The notes under the pieces are model-generated. The model saw only the letters and a list, made by a program, of their open reading frames with translations. It was not told the DNA's origin and searched no databases. A DNA stretch of 32,000 nt from Mycolicibacterium smegmatis (GTDB lineage: Bacteria > Actinomycetota > Actinomycetes > Mycobacteriales > Mycobacteriaceae). The translations under genes were made by a program, and so were the position numbers. Positions 9,201 through 17,910 of this stretch are shown piece after piece (the stretch's first letter is position 1; every line of letters starts with the position of its first letter). The stretch is taken from the NCBI RefSeq assembly GCF_001457595.1, contig NZ_LN831039.1, forward strand, positions 1,500,001-1,532,000. Direction: 5' to 3'.

Positions 9201-10193
9201 TCAGGACGCGACGGCGGTCAGCTCCTCGCGCGTGGCTTCCTCGGTTGCTGGGGTGTGCGATATGGCGGACGCCAGACGTTCGCCGCGCGCCGACCATTCG
9301 GTGTCTGCCCACTCGATGCGAGCAGGGAAACGGCGCCAGTACTTGGGGTGCGAGCGCAGGTACACGCCGACGCTCGCGTGCACCCTGGCGTCGAACGGCA
9401 ACCGGCGGATCCCGACAGTCGGTGACGACCCGGCCAGGGCCTCGACATCGCCGGGGGCGAAATCACGTTCGCGCGCAGGCAATCCCGCGGCGACCGCGCC
9501 GTCGAGCACCCAGTCCAGTGCGATCTCGGCCAGCGGCGCGCACGCACCGTGGCCGCCGGTCACATCGCAGTGCGATCCGCGGAACCACACCTCGTCGAGT
9601 CGCGCGTCGTGGTGCATCACGCGGTGCGGAGCGTCGATCGCGACCGCGTGGCGGCCGTGCTCGACGTTGGTGAGCAGACCCGGTTCGCCGTGTGTGCCGG
9701 GGATCGCGGTGGCGTCCCACAGTCCCAAGAACCGCACTAGCACGGACGACGTACCGTCGCCGAGCAGGCCGGCGGTCACGGAGCTGACGCGGTGCCAGTC
9801 CGAGATGGTGCGCGGGGTGCGTGGGAGCACGTACGTCGAAAGCGCGTAGTCCACGAGGCCGAGAGGATCGTCGAATGTGGCGGGCACCAGTCCGACGGTG
9901 CCGAGCAGATTCGCGAGTTCACCCGCCAGGTGGCCGCCCGTGCCCGCGCCGAAGAGGAAGATCCGGTCACCGGGTTTCCACGCGTCGCGCAGGAAGTTGT
10001 ACGCCTCGACCACCGCGGTGCGCGCCTCGGAGACGGCAGTGACGCGGCGGTAGACGGGGAGCTTGCGCGCGCAGTGGTACCAGGTCAGTGCAGCGGAGTC
10101 GTCCAGCAAAGCCAACAGCGCCTTGATGTTGGTATCGGCGCCCGATGCGGACTGTTCACCCGACTGGTCGAAGCAGAGCGCGATGTTCTTCAT
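9201..10193 (-). CDS. DUF2235-like alpha/beta hydrolase domain protein, probably altered active site
   Basis: Starts MKNIALCFDQSGEQSASGADTNIKALLALL; later WKPGDRIFLFGAGTGGHLAGELANLLG, LGLWDATAIPG and DEVWFRGSHCDVTGGHGACAPLAEIALDWVLD. The order of these blocks matches DUF2235/DUF2235-like T6SS phospholipase domains. ATG chosen at 10193. Confidence 0.72.
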   Translation of the reverse strand: MKNIALCFDQSGEQSASGADTNIKALLALLDDSAALTWYHCARKLPVYRRVTAVSEARTAVVEAYNFLRDAWKPGDRIFLFGAGTGGHLAGELANLLGTVGLVPATFDDPLGLVDYALSTYVLPRTPRTISDWHRVSSVTAGLLGDGTSSVLVRFLGLWDATAIPGTHGEPGLLTNVEHGRHAVAIDAPHRVMHHDARLDEVWFRGSHCDVTGGHGACAPLAEIALDWVLDGAVAAGLPARERDFAPGDVEALAGSSPTVGIRRLPFDARVHASVGVYLRSHPKYWRRFPARIEWADTEWSARGERLASAISHTPATEEATREELTAVAS

Positions 10194-10435
10194 GGCGACC
10201 CCCCGCCAAACCGACAACTAGCTTGCAGGTTTCAGTTTGCCGGATAACACGGGCAGCTGTCTTGCGTATTGCGCTACTCGAAAATACTTCTGCGACGGAT
10301 TCTTGCGCAGGCAATCGAATGAACAACGAAATCCGTGGCTACGGATTGATCAGACGGGGTAATTGGTCCCTCATCCGCGCGATCGTCCGGTGGATTCCGC
10401 AACAGCCCGTCTGAATGCGCCATCGGGCAGTGGGT

Positions 10436-11173
10436 TCATCCGCCCATCAGCATGCGCCACTGGTCGAGGTTCGACGCGCGATACACGTAGTTGCTGCGCT
10501 TCACTTCCTCAAGCGGCGCGCTCGGCTCGGCCGAGTACCAGTGGCCCGGGTAGACCGTCGGGTCGCCGGGCAGCTTGGCCAGCGCCTGCAGGCTGCGGAA
10601 CATGTCGTCGACATTGCCGCCAGGAAAGTCGGTGCGACCACACCCCTCGAGAAACAGGGTGTCACCCGCGACGAGTCGGCCGTCGACCAGGAAGCACTGG
10701 CTGCCCGGCGTGTGACCGGGCGTGTGCAGAAGCTCGATGTCGATCGCTCCGACGCTGATCGTGTCGCCGTGCTCGTGGGCCGACAGCTCGCTGCGTGCGA
10801 TACCGGTGACCTGCGAGACCCAGTCGGCCTCGTGGGAGTTGACGTGCACCGGCACGCTGCGGTGTTCGAGCAGTTCGGCAACACCCTTGAGGGTGAAGCC
10901 CATCATCGATCCGCCCACGTGGTCGGGGTGGTGGTGGGTGACCAGCACGCCCGCGAGTTGCATGCCGTCGGCCTCGAGCGTGGCGGCGAGCTCGTCGGCC
11001 GCATATGCCGGGTCGACCACGACGGCCTCGCCGGTCTCGCGGTCGCCGATGAAGTAGGCGAAGTTGCGCATCTGCTGCGCGATCGGGTCGGCGCCCGCGA
11101 AGTCGCGGCCCGACAGCAGTTGGCGGAAATAGAAGCGGTCGTTCGCTGCGGGGTCAGACGTGCGCTCAGCCAT
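10436..11173 (-). CDS. MBL-fold metallohydrolase (glyoxalase II-like)
   Basis: THHHPDHVGG metal motif, HTPGHTPGSQCF, GDTLFLEGCGRTDFPGG, VYPGHWY; ATG at 11173 (MAERTSDPAAN). Confidence 0.9.
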   Translation of the reverse strand: MAERTSDPAANDRFYFRQLLSGRDFAGADPIAQQMRNFAYFIGDRETGEAVVVDPAYAADELAATLEADGMQLAGVLVTHHHPDHVGGSMMGFTLKGVAELLEHRSVPVHVNSHEADWVSQVTGIARSELSAHEHGDTISVGAIDIELLHTPGHTPGSQCFLVDGRLVAGDTLFLEGCGRTDFPGGNVDDMFRSLQALAKLPGDPTVYPGHWYSAEPSAPLEEVKRSNYVYRASNLDQWRMLMGG

Positions 11174-11300
11174 GCCGCAAGAGTATTGACACGTACCGCT
11201 GGCGCGAACCCGCAGGTCTAAAAACCGCACGTCATCACGTGTTTAACCGCACACGCCAAAAACTCGCATCGGATATGCGGAATTTATTAGCGTCAGCGGC

Positions 11301-11762
11301 ATGCACCTGACCCGCTTCACCGACCTGGGACTGCGCACGCTGATGCTGCTGTCGGCAGGCGAGTCACAGGATCAGCGGGTCACGACGCGCACCATCGCCA
11401 AGAGCGCCAACGCCTCGGAGCACCACGTCGCCAAGGCCGTCTCGAAGCTCGTCGAGATGGGCATGGTCCACGCGCGCCGCGGACGCGTCGGCGGACTCGA
11501 ACTCACCGAGGCGGGCCGCACCGCATCGATCGGCCGGTTGGTGCGCGAGCTCGAAGGCGACCGCGAGGTCATCGAGTGCGGCGGCGCCGCGCCGTGCCCG
11601 CTGATCGCCGCGTGCCGGCTGCGCCGCGCACTGGCCGAAGCCAAAGAGGCCTTCTACCGCGAACTCGACCGTTACACGGTCACCGATCTGACCGGCGGGC
11701 CCAGCCTGCCGATCGTGCTGCAACTCACCGCAGCGCAACCCGCCACCGAAAGGAACCCCTGA
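11301..11762 (+). CDS. nsrR: Rrf2-family nitric-oxide-sensing repressor NsrR
   Basis: Rrf2 HTH (TTRTIAKSANASEHHVAKAVSKLVEMGMVHARRGRVGGLEL) plus a CX5CX5C cluster motif (CGGAAPCPLIAAC); adjacent to hmp. Confidence 0.9.
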   Translation: MHLTRFTDLGLRTLMLLSAGESQDQRVTTRTIAKSANASEHHVAKAVSKLVEMGMVHARRGRVGGLELTEAGRTASIGRLVRELEGDREVIECGGAAPCPLIAACRLRRALAEAKEAFYRELDRYTVTDLTGGPSLPIVLQLTAAQPATERNP

Positions 11763-12997
11763 TGACCGTCACCACGCCCGAGCCCGCCGACGTACGCGTT
11801 GACCTCGAGCCCGAGCACGCCGAGATCGTCTCGGCGACACTGCCTCTCATCGGAGCGAACATCGACGCCATCACCTCGGAGTTCTACCGGCGGCTGTTCA
11901 CCAACCACCCCGAACTGCTGCGCAACCTGTTCAACCGCGGCAATCAGGCCCAAGGTGCACAGCAGCGCGCGCTCGCGGCCTCGATCGCGACATTCGCCAA
12001 GCACCTCGTAGACCCGGACCTGCCGCATCCCGCGGCACTGCTGTCACGCATCGGCCACAAGCACGCGTCGCTCGGGGTGACCGCCGAGCAGTACCCGATC
12101 GTGCACGACAACCTGTTCGCCGCGATCGTGGCGGTGCTGGGTGCCGACACCGTCACGCCCGAGGTCGCGGCGGCCTGGGACCGGGTGTTCTGGATCATGG
12201 CCGACACGCTGATCGCCCTGGAGCGCAACCTGTACGACGAGGCCGGCGTCGAACCCGGTGACGTGTACCGCAGGCTGCGTGTGGTCGGCCGCGTCGACGA
12301 CCCGTCCGGCGCCGTGCTGGTCACCGTCCGCGCCGCCGAACCCGTGAACTTCCTTCCGGGTCAATATGTTTCGGTTGGGGTGACGCTGCCCGACGGGGCG
12401 CGTCAGCTGCGCCAGTACAGCCTGGTCAGCGTCGCCGGGGCCACCGACCTGACGTTCGCGGTCAAGCCCGTCGAGGCGACCGCGGCGCAGCCCGCGGGCG
12501 AGGTGTCCAACTGGATCAGGGACAACGTCTGCGTCGGCGACCTGCTCGACGTCACGCTGCCGTTCGGCGACCTGCACACCGACGACCTCTCGACCGGCCC
12601 GGTGATGCTCATCTCGGCAGGCATCGGGATCACCCCGATGATCGGCATCCTCGAGCACCTCGCGGCCGAGCGTCCGGACGCGCACGTGCGGGTGCTGCAC
12701 GCCGACCGCAGCGACACCGCCCATCCGCTGCGTGAGCGTCAGCGCGAACTCGTCGACGCGCTGCCCGAGGCGTCGCTCGACATCTGGTACGAGGACGGCG
12801 TGACCGCGGGCATGCCCGGCGTGCACGCCGGGCTGCTCGACCTCGACGGCATCGAGCTGCCCGTCGAGCCTCAGATCTACCTGTGCGGTGGCGCCGGATT
12901 CGTCGACGCGGTGCGCGGTCAACTGGCCGCCCGCGGGGTGCCCGCCGAGCGCGTGCACTGCGAGCTCTTCGCGCCCAACGACTGGCTGCTCGATTAG
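11762..12997 (+). CDS. hmp: Flavohemoprotein / nitric oxide dioxygenase
   Basis: 411 aa from ATG 11762 (ATGA overlap with nsrR). Globin domain (FYRRLFTNHPELLRNLFNRGNQAQGAQQRAL, RIGHKHASLGV) then FAD/NAD reductase domain (RQYSLVS, GIGITPMIGIL). The track ORF starts too early. Confidence 0.95.
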   Translation: MTVTTPEPADVRVDLEPEHAEIVSATLPLIGANIDAITSEFYRRLFTNHPELLRNLFNRGNQAQGAQQRALAASIATFAKHLVDPDLPHPAALLSRIGHKHASLGVTAEQYPIVHDNLFAAIVAVLGADTVTPEVAAAWDRVFWIMADTLIALERNLYDEAGVEPGDVYRRLRVVGRVDDPSGAVLVTVRAAEPVNFLPGQYVSVGVTLPDGARQLRQYSLVSVAGATDLTFAVKPVEATAAQPAGEVSNWIRDNVCVGDLLDVTLPFGDLHTDDLSTGPVMLISAGIGITPMIGILEHLAAERPDAHVRVLHADRSDTAHPLRERQRELVDALPEASLDIWYEDGVTAGMPGVHAGLLDLDGIELPVEPQIYLCGGAGFVDAVRGQLAARGVPAERVHCELFAPNDWLLD

Positions 12998-13017
12998 ATC
13001 TGTGCAGGTCAAAGCCC

Positions 13018-13061
13018 CTTTGGCGGCCGCGTCAACCCGCGGTTTGGTGCGGCCGCCAGGG
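13018..13061 (+). terminator. Large hairpin between hmp and the tRNA pair
   Basis: TGGCGGCCGC (13021-13030) pairs perfectly with GCGGCCGCCA (13049-13058), with an inner AACC/GGTT stem. Confidence 0.6.
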
Positions 13062-13116
13062 AGGCTGTACCCTCTTTAAGGCCCCGCGGCGAGAGTCGCG
13101 GGACTGAAGTAGGTAG

Positions 13117-13189
13117 GCCCCCTTAGCTCAGTCGGCAGAGCGTTTCCATGGTAAGGAAAAGGTCAACGGTTCGATTCCGTTAGGGGGCT
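13117..13189 (+). tRNA. tRNA-Thr (anticodon GGT)
   Basis: 73-nt cloverleaf: GCCCCCT/AGGGGGC acceptor, TTTCC-ATGGTAA-GGAAA anticodon arm, GGTTCGATTCC T arm. Confidence 0.95.
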
Positions 13190-13227
13190 CGGTGGACGTG
13201 CGGCGGACCGCCGCCTGTGTCTATCGG

Positions 13228-13301
13228 GGCGGTGTAGCTCAGCTGGTTAGAGCGCACGACTCATAATCGTGAGGTCGGGGGATCGAGCCCCCCCACCGCT
13301 A
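13228..13301 (+). tRNA. tRNA-Met (anticodon CAT, elongator type)
   Basis: 74-nt cloverleaf: GGCGGTG/CACCGCT acceptor with G1:U72, anticodon arm CACGA-CTCATAA-TCGTG. Confidence 0.93.
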
Positions 13302-13337
13302 CAGGACGAACAAGAACCGTGAAAGAGAGCAGTCGAC

Positions 13338-13505
13338 GTGGCCTCCAGTACTGACGTACGGCCCAAGATCACCTTGGCGTGCGAGGTGTGCAAGCACCGG
13401 AACTACATCACGAAGAAGAATCGCCGCAACGATCCCGACCGGCTCGAGATCAAGAAGTTCTGCCCGAACTGCGGAACCCATCAGCCGCACAAAGAGTCGC
13501 GGTAG
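13338..13505 (+). CDS. rpmG: 50S ribosomal protein L33, zinc-binding (four-Cys) form
   Basis: GTG start; (M)[54 protein letters not shown], with CxxC...CxxC. Confidence 0.96.
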
Positions 13506-13515
13506 CCCAACGCCA

Positions 13516-13992
13516 GTGGCTCTGTCGTCGAAAATCGTCGGGATGCATTACCGGTATCCCGATTTTTATGAAGTCGGCCGGGAGAAGATCCGCGAGCATG
13601 CACTCGCGATCAAGAACGACGAGACGTACTTCTACGACGAAGACGCGGCCGCGGAGCTGGGCCATGACGCCCTGCCCGCGCCACTCACTTTCATCTGCAT
13701 CTTCGGCTATCAGGCGCAGTCCGCGTTCTTCGATCACGCCGACATCGGCGTGCGTGAGGCCAAGATCGTCCAGGTCGACCAGGAACTGAAGTTCTTCAAG
13801 CCGATCAAGGCCGGTGACCGTTTGTACTGCGACGTCTACGTCCACGCGGTTCGACGCGCGCACGGCACCGACATCATCGTGACCAAGAACATAATCACCA
13901 ACGACGCTGGTGAGATTGTCCAGGAGGCCTACACGACCCTCGCCGGGCGTGCGGGCGACGGAGAAGAGGGTTTTTCTGATGGCTATGCGTGA
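13516..13992 (+). CDS. hadA: (3R)-hydroxyacyl-ACP dehydratase subunit HadA
   Basis: 158 aa, YPDFYEVGREKIREHALAIKNDE...GHDALPAPLTFICIFGYQAQSAFF; first gene of hadABC after rpmG2. Confidence 0.95.
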   Translation: MALSSKIVGMHYRYPDFYEVGREKIREHALAIKNDETYFYDEDAAAELGHDALPAPLTFICIFGYQAQSAFFDHADIGVREAKIVQVDQELKFFKPIKAGDRLYCDVYVHAVRRAHGTDIIVTKNIITNDAGEIVQEAYTTLAGRAGDGEEGFSDGYA

Positions 13993-14407
13993 GTTCAGTT
14001 CGGTCAAGGTCGGGGACACCCTGCCGGAAAGAGTCATCACGCTGACTCGCGGAGATCTGGTCAACTACGCCGGCGTCTCCGGCGACCTCAACCCGATCCA
14101 CTGGGACGACGAGATCGCCAAGCAGGTCGGTCTCGACACCGCGATCGCACACGGCATGCTGACCATGGGCCTCGGCGGCGGCTACGTCACCTCCTGGGTG
14201 GGCGACCCCGCCGCGGTCACCGAGTACAACGTGCGGTTCACCGCCGTGGTGCCGGTTCCCAACGACGGTGTCGGCGCGGAGATCACCTTCAACGGCCGGG
14301 TCAAGTCCGTCGATGCCGAGGAGAAGCTGGTCACCATCGCGATCTCGGCCACCGCCGGCGGCAAGAAGATCTTCGGGCGCGCCGTCGCCACCGCACGACT
14401 CGCCTAG
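13979..14407 (+). CDS. hadB: (3R)-hydroxyacyl-ACP dehydratase subunit HadB
   Basis: MAMREFSSVKVGDTLPERVITLTRGDLVNYAGVSGDLNPIHWDDEIAKQVGLDTAIAHGMLTMG, containing the hydratase 2 motif; overlaps the hadA end by 14 nt. Confidence 0.95.
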   Translation: MAMREFSSVKVGDTLPERVITLTRGDLVNYAGVSGDLNPIHWDDEIAKQVGLDTAIAHGMLTMGLGGGYVTSWVGDPAAVTEYNVRFTAVVPVPNDGVGAEITFNGRVKSVDAEEKLVTIAISATAGGKKIFGRAVATARLA

Positions 14408-14416
14408 GAGGCCGGT

Positions 14417-14926
14417 ATGGCGCTCAAGACTGACATCAAGGGAATGGTCTGGAAGTACCCGGACCCGTTCCTCATCGGGCGCGAGCAGATCCGCCAGTAC
14501 GCCAAGGCCGTCAAGGCCATGGACCCGGCCAGCCACGACGAGGCCGCGGCCGCCGAACTCGGGCACCCCGCGCTGGTCGCACCCCTGACCTTCGCGTCGA
14601 CCCTGGCACTGCTGGTGCAGCAGCACTTCTTCATGCACGTCGACGTCGGCATGCAGACCATGCAGATCGTGCAGGTGGACCAGAAGTTCATCTACCACAA
14701 GCCGCTGCTGGCCGGCGATCAGCTGCACGCGGTCATGGAGATCATGTCGCACGAGGAGCGCTTCGGCGCCGACATCGTCGTCACCCGCAACATCTGCACC
14801 AACGACGACGGTGAGGTCGTGCTCGAGGCCTACACCACCCTCATGGGCCACGAGGGCGACAACTCCATCTCGGTCAAGTGGGACCCGGAAACCGGCCAGG
14901 TGATCCGCAAGGCCATCGGTGAGTGA
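14417..14926 (+). CDS. hadC: (3R)-hydroxyacyl-ACP dehydratase subunit HadC
   Basis: 169 aa, MALKTDIKGMVWKYPDPFLIGREQIRQYAKAVKAMDPASHDE...; HadA paralog downstream of hadB. Confidence 0.95.
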   Translation: MALKTDIKGMVWKYPDPFLIGREQIRQYAKAVKAMDPASHDEAAAAELGHPALVAPLTFASTLALLVQQHFFMHVDVGMQTMQIVQVDQKFIYHKPLLAGDQLHAVMEIMSHEERFGADIVVTRNICTNDDGEVVLEAYTTLMGHEGDNSISVKWDPETGQVIRKAIGE

Positions 14927-15001
14927 ACGGGGTTGACGAGGCGATTAGTAGTTGACACCCACGCCGGGGTACACTCGGCACTCGGGGTTTTTCCCATTTC
15001 A

Positions 15002-15043
15002 GCGCGCTTCCGTTCCGCTCCGCAAAGCGAACGGGGAGCGCGC
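15002..15043 (+). terminator. Strong U-less hairpin between hadC and tRNA-Trp
   Basis: GCGCGCTTCCGTTCCGCT against AAGCGAACGGGGAGCGCGC with small bulges; no T-tract follows. Confidence 0.5.
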
Positions 15044-15098
15044 GAATTGTGTGAGCCCTGACCATGATGTGATGACAGTGCCAACATGTCGTCGCTGA

Positions 15099-15171
<73 letters not shown>

Positions 15172-15255
15172 CTCAAACTGAATACTGGACAGTGTGTGGA
15201 CACTGGAAGGTGACCTGGACGAACCAGTCCGCTATGAAGAGGAACGGAGTATGCG

Positions 15256-15690
15256 GTGAGCGACGAGCGCGAAGGTGCCGGCTCCGCAGACGACACGGGC
15301 ACGGACACTGACGGCACTGGTGAGACCCGCGGACAGACCGCGGTGGTGACCCGGCCGCTGCGGCCGACCGGAAAGCGGGCACGTCGCGGCGTGGCCGAGA
15401 GCACCGACGAGCCCGAGACCGCCGCCGAGGCAGCTGCCGCCGTCGAGGCGGGCGGTAAGGCGAAGAAGGTCAAGAAGGACGCCTCCGGACCTTCGCGGAA
15501 CCCGATCATGTTCGTCGTCAACTACCTCAAGCAGGTTGTTGCCGAACTCCGCAAGGTGATCTGGCCGAACCGTAAGCAGATGGTCAGCTACACCACGGTG
15601 GTGCTGGTCTTCCTGGTGTTCATGGTGGCGCTGATCGCCGGCGCGGATTACGGACTGGCGCGACTGGTGTCGCTGGTGTTCGGCACCTGA
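15256..15690 (+). CDS. secE: Preprotein translocase subunit SecE
   Basis: C-terminal [57 protein letters not shown], with a long charged N-terminal extension; GTG start. Confidence 0.95.
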   Translation: MSDEREGAGSADDTGTDTDGTGETRGQTAVVTRPLRPTGKRARRGVAESTDEPETAAEAAAAVEAGGKAKKVKKDASGPSRNPIMFVVNYLKQVVAELRKVIWPNRKQMVSYTTVVLVFLVFMVALIAGADYGLARLVSLVFGT

Positions 15691-15701
15691 CCGAGATTTG
15701 A

Positions 15702-16568
<867 letters not shown>

Positions 16569-16635
16569 CCGGTTCACGGCTAGAAACAAGGGGCGCTTCG
16601 CGCCCTTGGATGAGCAAGGTAAAGGAACAACACGG

Positions 16636-17064
16636 ATGGCCCCGAAGAAGAAGGTCGCCGGGCTGATCAAGCTGCAGATCCAGGCTGGACAGGCAAACCC
16701 CGCCCCGCCGGTCGGTCCTGCGCTCGGCCAGCACGGCGTCAACATCATGGAGTTCTGCAAGGCGTACAACGCCGCGACCGAGTCGCAGCGCGGAAACGTC
16801 ATCCCCGTGGAGATCACCGTCTACGAGGACCGCAGCTTCACTTTCGCCCTGAAGACCCCGCCCGCCGCCAAGCTGCTGCTCAAGGCCGCTGGTGTGCAGA
16901 AGGGCTCGGGCGAGCCGCACAAGACCAAGGTTGCCAAGGTGACCTGGGATCAGGTGCGCGAGATCGCCGAGACCAAGAAGGCAGATCTCAACGCCAACGA
17001 CATCGACGCCGCAGCCAAGATCATCGCCGGCACCGCCCGGTCGATGGGCATCACGGTCGAGTAA
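16636..17064 (+). CDS. rplK: 50S ribosomal protein L11
   Basis: [45 protein letters not shown]...; the track ORF begins upstream at 16606. Confidence 0.98.
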
Positions 17065-17129
17065 GACATTTCCGTGGGAGGGCTGGCTTCGGCCCGCACC
17101 ACGACTCCAACGACACGATTGGACTCACA

Positions 17130-17837
17130 ATGAGCAAGAACAGCAAGGCATACCGCGAGGCCGCGGAGAAGGTCGACCGGACCAAGCTCTACACGCCGCT
17201 GGAAGCCGCGAAACTGGCCAAGGAGACCTCCTCCAAGAAGCAGGACGCCACCGTCGAGGTTGCCATCCGCCTCGGCGTCGACCCCCGCAAGGCCGACCAG
17301 ATGGTCCGCGGCACCGTCAACCTGCCCCACGGCACCGGTAAGACCGCGCGCGTCGCGGTGTTCGCCGTCGGTGAGAAGGCCGAGCAGGCCCAGGCCGCAG
17401 GCGCCGACATCGTCGGCAGCGACGACCTGATCGAGAAGATCCAGGGCGGCTTCCTGGACTTCGACGCCGCGATCGCCACACCGGACCAGATGGCCAAGGT
17501 CGGCCGTATCGCCCGCGTGCTCGGCCCGCGTGGCCTGATGCCGAACCCCAAGACCGGCACCGTCACCCCCGATGTGGCCAAGGCTGTGCAGGACATCAAG
17601 GGCGGCAAGATCAACTTCCGCGTCGACAAGCAGGCCAACCTGCACTTCATCATCGGCAAGGCGTCGTTCGACGAGACCAAGCTGGCCGAGAACTACGGCG
17701 CGGCGCTCGACGAGGTTCTGCGCGCCAAGCCGTCGTCGTCCAAGGGCCGTTACCTCAAGAAGGTGACCGTCTCGACGACCACCGGCCCGGGCATCCCGGT
17801 CGACCCCTCGGTCACCCGGAACTTCACCGAGGCCTGA
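17130..17837 (+). CDS. rplA: 50S ribosomal protein L1
   Basis: 235 aa, [49 protein letters not shown]. Confidence 0.98.
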   Translation: MSKNSKAYREAAEKVDRTKLYTPLEAAKLAKETSSKKQDATVEVAIRLGVDPRKADQMVRGTVNLPHGTGKTARVAVFAVGEKAEQAQAAGADIVGSDDLIEKIQGGFLDFDAAIATPDQMAKVGRIARVLGPRGLMPNPKTGTVTPDVAKAVQDIKGGKINFRVDKQANLHFIIGKASFDETKLAENYGAALDEVLRAKPSSSKGRYLKKVTVSTTTGPGIPVDPSVTRNFTEA

Positions 17838-17845
17838 TCTCTTTC

Positions 17846-17904
17846 CGCGAGTTCACTCGCGAAGAACTGCCCCTCTTCTTCGGAAGAGGGGCAGTTCTTC
17901 TTTT
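17846..17904 (+). terminator. Tandem hairpins ending in a strong intrinsic terminator after rplA
   Basis: Hairpin 1 CGCGAG-TTCA-CTCGCG (17846-17861). Hairpin 2 is an 18-bp perfect stem GAAGAACTGCCCCTCTTC-TTCG-GAAGAGGGGCAGTTCTTC (17861-17900) followed by TTTT. Confidence 0.93.
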
Positions 17905-17910
17905 GGGCGG

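Noticed and set aside
13117-13301. tRNA pair as a possible integrative element attachment site
   Set aside because: No integrase nearby and no duplicated tRNA 3' end fragment noticed within the window.
12044-14851. Minus-strand ORFs 12044..13012, 13450..14064 and 13895..14851
   Set aside because: Antisense to hmp and hadABC; the last also overlaps the hadB/hadC junction with no family features.
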